A stretch of 64,000 nt of DNA from the human T2T-CHM13v2.0 reference genome, Homo sapiens. The stretch lies in NCBI RefSeq assembly GCF_009914755.1, contig NC_060927.1, one strand, 5' to 3'. The notes under the pieces are model-generated. The model worked only from the letters and a program-made list of their open reading frames with translations. It did no database searches and was not told the DNA's origin. A program made the position numbers and the translations under genes. Below, in pieces: positions 27,790 to 41,320 of this stretch (within the stretch, counting starts at the first letter, position 1; the number at the start of each line of letters is the position of its first letter).

Positions 27790-30743
27790 TTTGTGGGTAC
27801 ACAGTAGGTATGTACTCACAAATACTATGTGGGCACATAGTAGCTATGTACCCACATAGAAGGTATGAAATGTTTTGTTATAGCCATGCCATGTGAAAAA
27901 AGCACATCATGGAGAATGGGGTATCCATCCCCTAAAGAATTTTCCCTTTGAGTTACAAAAAATCCAATTATACTCTTTAAGTTATCTTAAAATGTACAAT
28001 TATTACTGACTCTAGTCATCCTATTGTCCTATCAAATAGTATGTCTTATTTATTCTTTCTAACTATTATTTTGTACACATTAACCATTCCCACCTCCCCC
28101 ATATCCCTCCACTACCCTTCCCAGCCTCAGGTAACCATCTTCTACTATGTCCATGAGTTCAAATGATTTAACGATTAGATCCCACAAATAAGTGAGAACA
28201 TGTAATGTTTGTCTTTCTGTGCCTGGCTTATTTCACTTAACATAATGACCTCCAGTTCCATCCATTTTGTTGCAAGTGACTGGATCTCATGTTTTCTCAT
28301 GGTTGAATAGTATTCTATTCTGTATATGTACTACATTTTCTTTTATGCATTCATCTGTTGATGGACGCTTAGGTTGCTTCCAAATTTTGGCTATTGTAAA
28401 CAGTGCTTTAACAAACACAGGGGTGCAGATATCTCTTTGATATACTGATTTTTTTTTTCTTTTGGGCATATACCCAGAAGTGGGATTGCTGGATAATATG
28501 GTAGTTCAATTTTTAGTTTTTTGAGGAAACTTCAAAAAATTCTCCACAGTGGCTGTAGTAGTTTGCATTCCCACCAACAGTGAAAAAGGGTTCCCTTTTC
28601 TCCACATCCTAGCTACATTTGTTACTGCCTGTCTTTTGGATATAAACCATTTCAACTGGGGTGAGATGATATCTCCTTGTAGTTTTGATTTGCATTTCTC
28701 TGATGATCAATGACGTTGAGCACCTTTTCATATTCCTGTTTTCCATTTGTATGTTTTCTTTTGAGAACTGTTTATTCAAATCCTTTGCCCAACTTTTGAT
28801 AAGATTAGATTTTTTTTCCTATAGAATTGTTTGAGCTCCTTATATATTCTGATTATTAATCCTTTGTCAGATGGGTAGTTTGCAAATATTTTCTCCCATT
28901 CTTTGCTTTGTGGATTGTTTCATTTTATCTGTGCACAATCTTTTTAACTTGTAATCCTATTTGTTCACTTGTGCTTTAGTTGCCTGTGCTTGAGGAATAT
29001 TGCTCAAGTAGTCTTTGCCAAAACCAATGTCCTGGAGAGTTTCCTTGATGTTTTCTTGTCACAGTTTCATAGTTTGAGGTCTTAAATTGAAGTATTTAAT
29101 CCATTTTGATTTGATTTCTGCATATGGTGAGAGATAGGAATCTAGTTTCATTCTTCTGCATAAGGATATCCAGGTTTCCCAACACCACTTATTGAAGAGA
29201 CTGTCTCTTCCCCAGTGTATGTTCTTGGCAGCTTTGTAAAAATGAGTTCGCTGTAGGTGTGTGGATTTGTTTCTGGGTTATCCTGCTGCTCCATTGGTCT
29301 ATGTGTCTGTTTTTATGCCAGTACCACGCTGCTTTGGTTACTACCGTGCTGTAGTACAATTTGAAGTCAGGTAATGAGATTCCTCCAGTTTTGTTCTTTT
29401 GCTTAGAATAGCTTTGCTATAGTGGGTCTTTTGTGGTTCCACATAAATTTTCGGATTGTTTCGTCTATTTCTGTGAAGAATGTCATTAGTGTTTTGATAG
29501 GAATTGCACTGAATTTGTAGATTGCTTTGGATAGTAAGGACATTTTAACAATACTGATTCTTCCAATTCATGAACATGGAATATGTTTCTATTTTTTGGT
29601 GTCCTCTTCAATTTATTTCATGAATGTTGTATAATTTTCAATATAGAGATCTTTCATCTTTTGGGTTAAATTTAATTAATTCCTAGGTATTTAATTTTAT
29701 GTGTGGGTATTGTAAATGAGATTACCTTCTTTGTTTCTCTTTCACATTGTTCACTGTTGGTTTATAGAAATGCTACTGATTTTTGTACGTTGATTTTCTA
29801 TCCTCCACCTTTGCTGAATTTATCAGTTCTAATAGTTTTCTTGTGGAGTCTTTAGGTTTTTCTAAATATATGATTAAATCATTAGCAAACATGGATAATT
29901 TGACTTCTTCCTTTCTAATTTGGATGCCCTTTATACATTTCTTTTGTCTGATTGCTCTAGCTAGGACTTCCAGTACTATGTTAAGTGACAGTGGTAACAG
30001 TGGGCATCCTAGTCATGTTCCAGATCTTAGAGGAAAAGCTTTCAGTTTTTCCCCATTCAGTATAATACTAGCTGTTGATCTGTCCTATAAAGCTTTTGTT
30101 ATATTGAGGTATGTTTCTTCCATCCCCTGGTTTTTGAGGATTTTTATCATAGAGAGATGTTAATTTTCTCAAATGCTTTTTCAGCATTTATTGAAATAAT
30201 CATATGATTTTAATCCTTAATTCTGTTGATATAAGTATCATGTTGATTGATTTGTGTATGTTGAACAATCCTTGCATCACATAGATAAATTCTGTTTGGT
30301 CATGATAAATGAACTTTCTAATGTATTGTTGAATTTGGTTTGCTAGTATTTTGTTGAGGATTTTTGCGTCCATATTCAACAGAGATATTGGCCTCTAGTT
30401 TTCTAATTTTGATATGTCTTTGATTTTGGTATTAGGGTAATGCTGGTCTCATAGCATGAGTTTGGAAATATTTCCTCCTACTGTATTTTTTGGAGTAGTT
30501 TGAGTAGGATTGGTGTTACTTCTTTAAATGTTTGGTAGAATTCAGCAGTGAAGCCATCTCCTGTCCTGGGCATTTCTTTATTGGGAGGCTTTTTATTACA
30601 GCTTCTATCTCATTACTTGTTATTGGTCTGTTCAGGTTTTGCGTATTTTCCAGATTCAATCTTGGTAGGATGTATATATCTAGGAATTTGTCCATTTCTT
30701 CTACATTTTTAATTGATTGGGCATATAGTTGTTCATAGTAGCC
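27790..30743 (-). mobile_element. L1MA-type LINE-1, 3' ~3 kb (ORF2 RT region to 3'UTR)
   Basis: Same 3'UTR type as 661-1515; ORF2 fragments on the minus strand (28287-28469 ..DICTPVFVKALFTIAKIWKQPK). Confidence 0.92.
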
Positions 30744-32004
30744 TAATCCACAAATATCTCTTAATGTGATCAGAATATATGGTTTAGAAAAAGCCTTCTG
30801 TCTAGCTGCTAAGATTTGTGAGGTACCAACTAGTAGCCTTATTTACTGTTTTGAGATTCATACTGTCTGTGCTTGAATTAAACACTTAAAAATGTCAAAA
30901 AATGGGAAATGGTAAGGAGAAGGAGAATGTGACTGATTTATAAAACTATACAAAATTTTATATTGTTGAAAAACATTAGCCAAAATTTGGAAACAAGGCA
31001 AAGGATTATTGCATGTCATTTTATTTTAATACGGGAGTATTGTCTGATAAGCCTTTCTAGGAATTATTTATCTATCTAGAGGCCTATCCCTTTTATTAGA
31101 ACCAAGATTTGGATAAATTACCTGCTAACTTGTATTTTTGTTTTTTTTTTAAAGGTAGAGATGCAGATGATTTCTGTTCTATAGAAAAGATAACTATAAA
31201 AAATATGGTTTTACTGCCCTATAGGAGTCTAACTTAGCAAAATAATTTCAGTATAATTTTTTCAACTGACTATATAAAATCTCTGTTCCTCACATACTCT
31301 TTAAACCACACTATTGTTTCTTCTATTTATGAATTAAACAATCTATCTCAAGTTACTCTATATTTGCATGTCATAAAATAATTTTTAATTTGACACTTTG
31401 ACATTTTGTTTTACTTTATACTTAACATTATTTTTTGTATTTTTTCCAAAATTTGAGAAAACAACAAGAAATTTGGCAGTTATAGATGGCTTTCATATAA
31501 TTTGACTTGTGTTTTACCTTTATAAAGCATTATTTATCATTTTTGTCATTGGTAATCTCATTGAAGCAATTGTTGATAGGTAGTAGTATTATTTACACAT
31601 TTGAGTGAAATGAGGCAGAAAAGCTTTTAAATTGTTGATGATATCAAATTTTAAACATTATAGAGGATATATGCATCAATAAAGAAATTAAAGTCTATGA
31701 CAAGATGGTGAACTAATAAAATCGAAAAGATTGCTTCCCAAATTCCCACTCAGGAAATACTAAATATTTAAAAAGAGGTTGCATGGAAATTGCTCTAATA
31801 AACTAATTTTTTTTTAAAAAAAAGTAGAGAAACTCTTGAATTGAAAGAAGGTTGGTTATTAGTGCTAGGAGTATGGTTGGCAGATGGTCTGGGGTGGTTA
31901 CAAAGGAGTCAAGCAGAAGAGGTCAAAGACAGGTAATAGCAGGCTAGGGTATTTGTTGGAGGGAATAGAGAAGATTAAACAGATAAAATAGGTATTGCTT
32001 ACTT

Positions 32005-32795
32005 TATTAGTAACAATTCTCTCAAGAAAAAGAACTCTGTGGTGTGTGTGTGTATGTGTGTGTGTGTGTGTGTGTGGTGTGTGTCTATGGGAAGAAGAGA
32101 GAGAGGTGTTTTTTTTTTGTTTTTTGTTTTTTTTTTTACTTTAGGTTCTGGGGTACATGTTCAGAATGTGCAGGTTTCTTACATAGGTATGTACGTGCCA
32201 TGGTAGTTTGCTGCACCTATCAACCCATCATCTAGATTTTAAGCCCCACATGCATTAAGTATTTGTCCTAATGCTCTCCTTCCATTTGCCCCCCAGCCCC
32301 CGACAGACAGCAGTGTGTGATGTTCCTCTCTCTGTGTCCATGTGTTCTCATTTTCAACTCTCACTTATGACTGAGAACATGAGTTGCTTGGTTTCTGTTC
32401 CTGTGTCAGTTTGCTGAGAATGATGGCGTCCAGCTTCATCCATGTCCCTGCAAAGGACATGGACTTATTCTTTGTTATGGCTGCATAGTATTCCATGGTT
32501 TATATGTGCCACATTTTCTTTATCCAGTCTATCATTGATGGGCATTTGGGTTGGTTCCAAATCTTTGCTATTTTAAATAGTGCTGCAATAAACATATGTG
32601 TACATGTGTCTTTATAATAGAATGATTTATATTAAGAAATGAACTCATGCAATTATAAGGGCTACCAAGTCTAAAACATACAGCGCAGGACAGTGGACTG
32701 GAGACCCAGGGAAGAGTTGCTGTTGCAGCTGCAGTCTGAAGGCAGTCTGGAGGCAGAATTCCTTCTTCCTTAGAGACTTTAGCCTTTTCTCTTAA
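32005..32795 (-). mobile_element. MLT2-family ERVL LTR fragment (includes the TG/GA microsatellite at 32040-32105), interrupted by L1PA
   Basis: CTGGAGACCCAGGGAAGAGTTG..GCAGTCTGAAGGCAGTCTGGAGGCAGAATTCCTTCTTCC is MLT2-like. Confidence 0.7.
32108..32630 (-). mobile_element. L1PA8-like short 3' fragment
   Basis: T-tail followed by the L1PA 3'UTR. Confidence 0.9.
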
Positions 32796-32796
32796 A

Positions 32797-34276
32797 GGGA
32801 GATTTGTCTTGCACCTTAGGTGCCAGCAGGGCCACAGAAGGACAAAGCACCAAGTGGGTTCTTGGGGTCCCTGATTCCACGACTTGACTCTTGGACAGCA
32901 TTTCTGGATCTGCTCCTGGCCAGACAGAAGCCCACTGCCCTGAAGTGTGAATCCTAGTCCAGGGAACATTCACCACAAGCTGATTTATGAGTCCTGGTGC
33001 CTTAAGGGAACATTGGTGGTAGTCTGGCAGTACTCCTAGTGGCCAGGGGTGGCGGTGGCTATGGGTTGAGGCTCCTGAAGCTCTGGTCTTGATGAAATTC
33101 CTCAAGTTTTGTTTGTCTTGGAAAGTCTTTATTTATCCTCCTTGTGTGAAGGATATTTTCCTGGATTTACCATTTAGGGTAAAAGATTTTTCCTCCTGCT
33201 TTTTAAATATGTCATGCCACTTTCTCCTGGCCTGTAAGGTTTCTACTTAAAAACCAGCTGCCCAACATATTGGAGCTCCAGTGTAAGTTATTTGTTTCTT
33301 TTCTCTTGCTGCTTTTAGGATTCTTTCTTTATCCTTTATCTTTGAAAGTTTGACTATTAAATGCCTTGAGATAGTTTTCTTTGGATATAATCTGTTTAGT
33401 GTTCTATAACCTTCTTGTAGGTTGTAGAACAACTTGTATATTGATATCTTTCTCTAGACTTGGAAAGTTCTCTGTTATTCCTTTGAATAAACTTTCTACA
33501 CCTATCTCTTTTTCTACCTTCTTTTTAAGGCCAATAACTCATAGATTTGTTCTTTTGAGGCTATTTTCTAATTCCCGTAGGCATGCTTTATTGTTTTTTA
33601 TTCTTTTTCTTTTGAGACCTCTGTGTATTTTCAAATAGTCTGTCTTCAGGCTCACTAGATTTTTCTGCTGCTTGATCTGTTCTTCTATTTAAAAACTCTG
33701 ATGCATTCTTCAGTATGCCAATTGCATTTTTCAGCTCCAGAATTTCTGCTTGATTCCTTTTAATTATTTCAATCTCTTTCTTAAATTTATCTGACAAAAT
33801 TCTGAATTCCATCTCTGTGTTATCTTTAATTTCATTGAGTTTCCTCAACACAGTTATTCTGAGTTCTGTATCTGAAAGGTCACATATCTCTGTTTCTCCA
33901 AGATTGGTCCCTGGTGCCTTATTTACTTCATTTCCTGAGGTCATGTGTTTTTCAATGGTGTTCATGCTAGTAGATGTTCTTCAGGGTCTGGGCATTGAAG
34001 GGTTAGGTATTCACTGTAGTCTTTATTCTCTGGGCTTATTAGAAGATTCCCTTCTTGGGAAGACATGCCAGATATTTGAAAGGACTTGGGTATTGTGATC
34101 TAAGCTGTTTCTGCATACACAAATCAATCAATGTGATACATTATATTAACAGAATGAAGGATAAAAATCATATGATCATTTCAATTAATGCAGAAAAAGC
34201 ACTTGATAAAATTCAATGTCCCTTCATGATAAACACCCTAAAAAAACTGGGAATAGAAGAAACATACCTCAACATT
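32797..34276. mobile_element. Rearranged L1M: 5'UTR (+, 32797-33083) / ORF1 (-, 33084-34113) / ORF2 RT piece (+, 34114-34276)
   Basis: ORF1p coiled-coil on the minus strand (33588-33965 ..LRKLNEIKDNTE..NQAEILELKNAI; 33247-33432 ..RHLIVKLSKIKDKERILKAAREKKQITY). The + strand has [32 protein letters not shown]. Confidence 0.85.
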
Positions 34277-34658
34277 TAAGATGGGAGATAAAAAAGCTTT
34301 AAAATCTCAAAAGTACTAACCAAAGGGTAAAAAACACATTTGAATTAAGAACACTTTGTCATTATAGGACATCAGGACTAAAGCTAAAAAACAAGGAGAA
34401 GTGATTTCAACATGTAAAGCATATGAAATACAAATCTAAAATATTTATGAAACTTCTTTATACAAAGAACAAAAAGGCAGGAATTTCTATAAGAATAAGT
34501 AAACTTTAAAAGGGGATTTCAGTGATGTGTAGTCCACTGATAACCCAAGAAATGAAAATTGAAGCATCAATAAATCATCATTTAAACCATCACATGAAAT
34601 AGGGAGAGGGACAGAGAGAGTGAGAGACAGAGCAGTAGGAGATATTTACAAAGATAGG

Positions 34659-35271
34659 TGTATAACTTAGGATTCAATCAAAGAAACAACTGCTAAGAGT
34701 GACATCAAATGATATACTTATTATATATAAGAAATTAACCTCACACAATTGCAAGAATTGGTTAGTCAGTCTGTATAAATTGGCAGTTTCTACATCTGTG
34801 CTGGGGCTGAAGGGCAAGCAGTCAGGAAGGAAAGATAGATTTTTAAGGAGACATGTGCAAGGGCAAATTGAAACCCAGAGAAAGGAGCAAATAGAACATG
34901 TGTCAGTCTCACATTGCCTCTAAACCCCCAACTTTGATGCTGCTGAATATGCACCTGACCCAGGAGGTGGGGAGTGCTGCAGAAGGGCAATCAACTTCCA
35001 GGAGCTAGAGGAGCTGTGAACCGGCTGCTGACCCCACCCCACAGAGTGAGCCTGCAGACCCATGACAATGTGTGAGAGCTGCAGCAGTGTCTGCTTTTAT
35101 TGTCTTGACCGTTGGAGCATAAAATAATATGGCTTCCATGGCTCTTTTGCTTTCCAAAACTCAGGCAAATAGTCTCTTGTGACCCACATTGAGCCAGAAC
35201 AATATAGAATGAGAAATTCTGGGAAATATAACTCCAGCTTAGTAAAGATGACCCAATACAAATCCTCCATA
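34659..35271 (-). mobile_element. Old ERVL-class LTR (3' LTR of the adjacent internal sequence)
   Basis: TG start; AATTCTGGGAAATATAACTCCAGCTTAG.. end typical of LTR40/41/50-like LTRs; directly followed by ERVL internal sequence. Confidence 0.55.
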
Positions 35272-37220
35272 GGCTACTCCTTGCCTATTTGGCATCCACA
35301 TGCATATTTTTTTCAAATATTGTTAAATTAATTTCCAAATAAAGGCAACAGAAAAATTAGGCCTTTGCCAAACATAATGCAATTATTCTTCTTGAATACT
35401 GAAATAGACAACCTTCTCCTCAACAGAGGATGCAAAGTCCTTTTATCTATTTTTGAGTGATATTTATTCTTCTTCTGAGTCATATTCTCCCTTTGATATT
35501 TTATAATTTAAATACTGAGATACAAAGTTAAATTCTATTAACATATTTTATGTCAGATGATAGAGAAGTGGGAGAGGAGAAAATGAAAAACTAGTTGATA
35601 TATGCATAAATGTATTCATATTAATAGAAATAGATGCATATAACTATTATAGTCTCTGTGCCTACAGCTCATCACATGGCCAGTTATAAGCTGATACCTT
35701 TTTCTACTATCTGTGTTATATACCATTTGCTTCTAGCAAGCATATTGGCTAGTCTTAGTTCCTTGCCTTATGGAGTGACAAAACCTTCATTCCTAGAAAC
35801 TCTGGAATATTCCATTAATATTTCCTCCTATATTGGGTTGTTGCAGTTTTCCACTGACTTTAGTCACAAGGTCATATGAGTAATAAGAAGAAATGTAGGG
35901 GATTACTTGCATGCCAGATATGTTCCTCCTTACCCTCACTGTGTAGCAGCAACCCAATCTCCCTTTGGTAGTCAGGATCAATTGCCCCAAAAGATACAGC
36001 AATCCCCTTCTGCCTTCCAGATTCCCTAGGATGAGGAGCATAAACCAGTCAGATGGCTTTCTTTCTTTCCACTTTGTGGAAACCACTGCCATGTGTCTTG
36101 GTCAAAGCATTACTACGTCCTTTGATGAAGCTTCTTTCCTTCGGAGACTATGCTTTCTAGACAAGTGGAGTCCAAAGTTGCACTGACAGGAGGGCCAAAT
36201 CTTGCTAGTGCCTCACAAAGGCATTGGTGAGCATAGCCGCTCACATTTCTACCCTTTGATTACTAGACTCATCAATCCAGGATATGGGAGAACAACATCT
36301 ATATTTGTTTCCAACTTAAGCCATATACTACAACTTGGAGGACATTGCTTCAAGCCTTTAAACTAGTGTCCCGTACCTGGCACACATAAGTGAGTCTTCA
36401 AAAGGCCGTTCCAATGTTCTATTAGGCCAGCCACTTCAGGATAAAGGAAAATATAATAGGACTAGGAAATTTTATGACCACAAGTTCATTGTCTCACTTT
36501 ACTTGCTATTGGGTGAATTTTTTGGTTAGAATCAATGCTATATGAAAAAATATGATAGTAAATAAGGGATTCCCTGAGTCTACAGACAACTGCTTTGGCA
36601 GAAACATTGTGGGCTGTGGGAAGGGAAGACACATTCCAGAGTAAGCATGTATTCCAGTGAGGACAAAAGTTTGCACATTTCTTGATGGAAGCAGTCCTAT
36701 GTAATTAATCTGACACCAGGTGAGTGGCTGATTTCCTGGGGACTGGTGCCACATCAGGGGGTAAGATTGGTTTCTGCTGTTGTCATATGGTACGCATAGT
36801 TGTGCCTGAAGCTATATCAGCCTTGATGAGTGGAAGTCTGTACTGCTAAGTCCGTGCAAAACCTTCATCTTTGTCAAGACAACCATTTTATCATGAGTCC
36901 TCGGGCTCATAATAAACAGCTTAGCCAAGAAAACAGGTTGACAGATGTTATCAGAGTGAGTAATTCTATCCATCTTATTACCTTCTACTGCAGAAGTTGT
37001 TTTTTTGATGAGAATTCACAAGGGCACAAATACCTTCAAAATCTGTGACTATTTGAAAGGCCCATTTACATACTTCTTTCTCAGATCTTTTCACTAGTTT
37101 TCCCACTGTACTTCTTCCAAGTTTCTGACCATCAGCCCTAAACTATTAGCCACCACCTATTTATTCAGTGTAAATCTGTATCCTAGCTTCTAGGCAAAGT
37201 GAAAAATCATGTCTATTGCT
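35272..37220 (-). mobile_element. ERVL internal relic (RNase H end, integrase, dUTPase)
   Basis: TWCQINYIGLLPS..FVLTGIHAYSG (ERVL IN, WQVDYIGPLP-like, 36506-36754); GAIDPDYQREIGLLLH (dUTPase motif 3) near 35940-35990. Confidence 0.8.
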
Positions 37221-38184
37221 CAATATCGTGTCTACTATTCCGAATTTGATCTATGAATTCAAATAATGACATTCAAAATATCAGCATATCATTTTGCGCA
37301 TGTTGTAAAGCTGATTCTAAAGGCGAAAGACCCAGATAGAATACACAAGGCTAAAGAAGGGGATCAAAGTCAGAGGATTGCTACTACCTGACTTAAAGAC
37401 TTAAATACAAAGCTATATTAATCAAGACAATGTGGTGTTGGTGAAAGAATAGACAAATGTATCAATGGAAGAAAAAACAGAGTCCAGAAATAGATCACAT
37501 GAATATAGTCAACTGATCTTTGACAAAGTAACAAAGGCAATTCAATGAAGAAAGAACAGTCTTTCCAATAAGTAGTGCTGAAACAAGTGGACATCCACAT
37601 AAAAGAAAAAGAATCTTGACCCTGACCTTACACCTTTTACAAAAATTAATTCAAAGTGGATCTCAGAACCAAATGTAAGCTATAACATTATAATACTTCT
37701 GGAAGATTACACAAATGAAAATCTAGGTTACTTTGAATTTTGTGATATATTTTAGATACAACATCAAAAGCACAATCCATAAAACAAATTGATATGTTGG
37801 ATTTCGACTTCTCAAAAAACACTGTTAGAAGAAAAGACAAGTCACAACCCAAAAGAAAATCTTTGCAAAATATATATCTGATAAAGTCTGGTACCCAAAA
37901 TATGCAAAAAATTCTTAAAACACTGATAAATAATGGGCCAAAAGTCTGAAAAGACATCTCACTAAAGAGGTTATGTATATGGCAAATAAATATATTAAAA
38001 AGGTGTTAAATAGTATGTGGCATTAGAGAATTGCAAATTAAGTCAATGACTGCTGCATACCTTTTTAAATGGCTAAAATTTAAAACATGACCACCACCTT
38101 TGCAAAGATGTGGAGCAACAGGAACTGATTCATTGCTGGTGGGAATGCAGAATGGTACAGCCACTTTGAAAGACAGTTTGGAAG

Positions 38185-38545
<361 letters not shown>

Positions 38546-38804
38546 TGATCCAGCAATTGTCTTCATGGGTATTTATCCAAATAAGTGAAAAAATTTTGTG
38601 TATGCAAAAACCTGCACATGAATATTTAAAACAGCTGCATTCATAATTTCTAAAAACTGAAAGCAACCAAGATGTTCTTTAAAAGGTGAATGAATAATAA
38701 TTTTTAAAAACCTGGTATATCCATTCAGTGGAATATTACTTAATGATCGAAGAGAAATAAAGTATAAAGCCAAGAAAAGACATGGAGGAACTTTAAATGA
38801 ACAT

Positions 38805-39417
38805 CGAGGAGTACAGCTCCAGGCCAAAGTACTGTGTTATCTTTCAGTCCTAACACCTGTAAATAATTACAAAGACTTTATCTGGCAGGCCTCATTTGGG
38901 AAAGTACCTCTCCATGCCAGACTTGATGCCCAGTTTGAAAGAAGAAGTTATAATCAAGAACTCAGCACTGCCCCTTCCCCATGCAGTTGGCCACACACTT
39001 ATGCAAGCCCTCAGCTGAGGCCTTTCTCAGATGCCTATGCCATGACCACCTCACTGGAGGGCCTTGAAGATGCTTCTCCACCCTGACTCAGGATTCAGTA
39101 CTTTTCCACTCCTAGCCCTTTTGCTTCTCTCTACCCTCCCCACCAGGATCATAAAACAGCAGGAGCTTTTTGTTCAGGGATTCCTTGGCAGTGATATTAT
39201 TCTCGCGTCAGCACTGATGTATTTCATCTTCATCAGTCACAATTCCACAGGGACAAAATGGACGTTGAAGAAACTAGTGCTTTTTCCTGTTTAACCCTTT
39301 GTTTTTATTATACATTGTAGTAAGTGACTATTAATTTAATTTTGGATTGTTGTTTTAATGGAACACCTCAACATCTGGTAGCTAGCTTTTGCCAACATCT
39401 GGTAGCTAGCTTTTACA
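38805..39417 (+). mobile_element. ERVL solo LTR (MER73/MER74/MER54 group)
   Basis: Interrupts the L1MC 3'UTR; homologous in reverse to 45434-46095 (CCTTGA.GA..CTGACT..CAGTACTTTTC..CTAGCCCTT). Confidence 0.55.
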
Positions 39418-39884
39418 CATATTGTTTAGAAAATAAGCCAGTCTGAAAAGGCTATATGCATACTGTATGATTCCAACTATGTGATATCGGGAAAAGGCAA
39501 AACTATAGAAACAGTAAAACATCAATTGTTGCCAGGGGTTCAAGATGAATCTTGGGGAATTTTTAGGACACTGAAACTCTTCCGTAAAATACTATAATGA
39601 TGGATACATAATATTATACATCTGTCAAAACCATAGAAATATATAACACAAATGGTGAACCCTCATGTAAACTATAGACTTTAGTTAGTAATAATGTATC
39701 AATATTGGTTTATCAACTGTAACAAATGTACTACACTAATCCAAGGTGTTAATAATAGGGTAAACCATAGTGGGAAATGAGAAGTTGGGAGAGAGAAGTC
39801 TATGGGAACTCTCTGAACTATTGTCTCAATTTTCTGTAAACCTAAAACTGCTACAATAATGAAAATTGATTAATTAAAAAAATT

Positions 39885-41320
39885 AGGCCTACTGGAAAAA
39901 TTTTCCACTAGAACTGTCCTTCAGAGACACTCTGGTAGGAATGTAATGCTGGATAAGCTGCCAGACCCACATTTCTTTTTCTTTAGTCATTGGTCATAAG
40001 AAATTCTCCTTGAGGCTATAGATGTCAGTTAAGAGGCAAGAGGGAAAGTGGCATGAGTATGACCAATGGCAATCTCTGCCATTTATCCGTAAGGCTTATT
40101 TAACCCCATCTTACATATCATTTCTATTTGGTGATGGAATGCTACTATGCATACTCAACTTTATGACTTGTTAGGTCAGAAAATACCCGTATGATGGGCA
40201 TCCCAGATTATATGGTAAAAAATTGACCCATAGTAAGTATCTGTCTCTGGTAAGCCCACTAGTAAGACAAAAACTATTTAAAGCTATATTTGAAAGGAGA
40301 ATAGTTATCCATAGAAGATAGTGTGGCTTGTAGTCAAAAACCTGAATCTGTACTGTGGCTGACTCAGGCTTGATTAGCCTGGGCCTGCTACAGGTCTTTC
40401 TCCTGTTCTGCGCCTTACTCAAAATAGGCAGCTTTTTGGATTAGTCATTTTATCATAGTATGAAGAGCATGCCCAAACAAGATACACTGTGATTCCAAAA
40501 TCCAAAGGTCATTAGTTGTTGCATCTTTGTCTTAGTGGCCACATGTAGGAATTTGTCCTTTACCTCGGAAGGAATATTGTGACATGCTTCAGATCACTGG
40601 GTCCCGAAAAATTTCACCAACATGGAAAACTCCTGAATTTTTTTGAGCTTTATTTTCAAATAGCCAATTGAACTCCTAGAGGAATTTTGTTATATCAGGG
40701 GTTCACTGTTGGTCTCTGTTGCAGACATGCTGAATTCTTAGAGGCAGATGTAGCTAGTAGGCCTTATGAGTCCATGCTCTTAGACTACTGTGTAGCCTCT
40801 GTCACTGCCACTATGACTCCTATATCCATGTGACCATCATACCAGTTCTAGGGTGGCTAATGACCAATTTTGATTAATGTCAACTAGCCAAGTGATTTTG
40901 TCTACTTGATTGTTTGGTGATTCTTTCATGGTGTGTGTTAGCAGGTGTCTAAACATTTTACTCACTTTGTTTACTCCGTTAAGTCTACTTACATGATTTT
41001 ACCTCTGAATTCCTTGTCAATGATCCAGTCCTTTTCCTTCTGGGTTTCTAACCAGATGACCAGACCATTGACCAATACGCCCATGAACATATATACATAT
41101 ATGTATGTATTCTCACTATAAGGTAATTTTTATTTTATACAAAGTAAATAACCAGGTATACTGCTTGCTGCCCTTTGGAAGTTGCTATTCATTTTTTTGC
41201 TAGCACCCATGTACTGAGTTAAACCAGCTAGAAACCAAGTTTGAGGATTTTCCTCCTGTTTCAACTGCTCCCACTACACAGCTACTGCTTTTTGCAAGTC
41301 CTGCTTCTGTTTATGGGTTA
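39885..41320 (-). mobile_element. ERVL-class pol relics (RT/connection 39885-40650; second RNase H-IN segment 40655-41320)
   Basis: VKFFGTQ*SEACHNIP (ERVL RT SVKFLGVQWSGACRDIP-like) near 40570-40625; NNQVDKIT..SLATLEL..SHSGSDRGY..CLQQRP (RNase H/IN junction) at 40700-40920. Confidence 0.7.
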
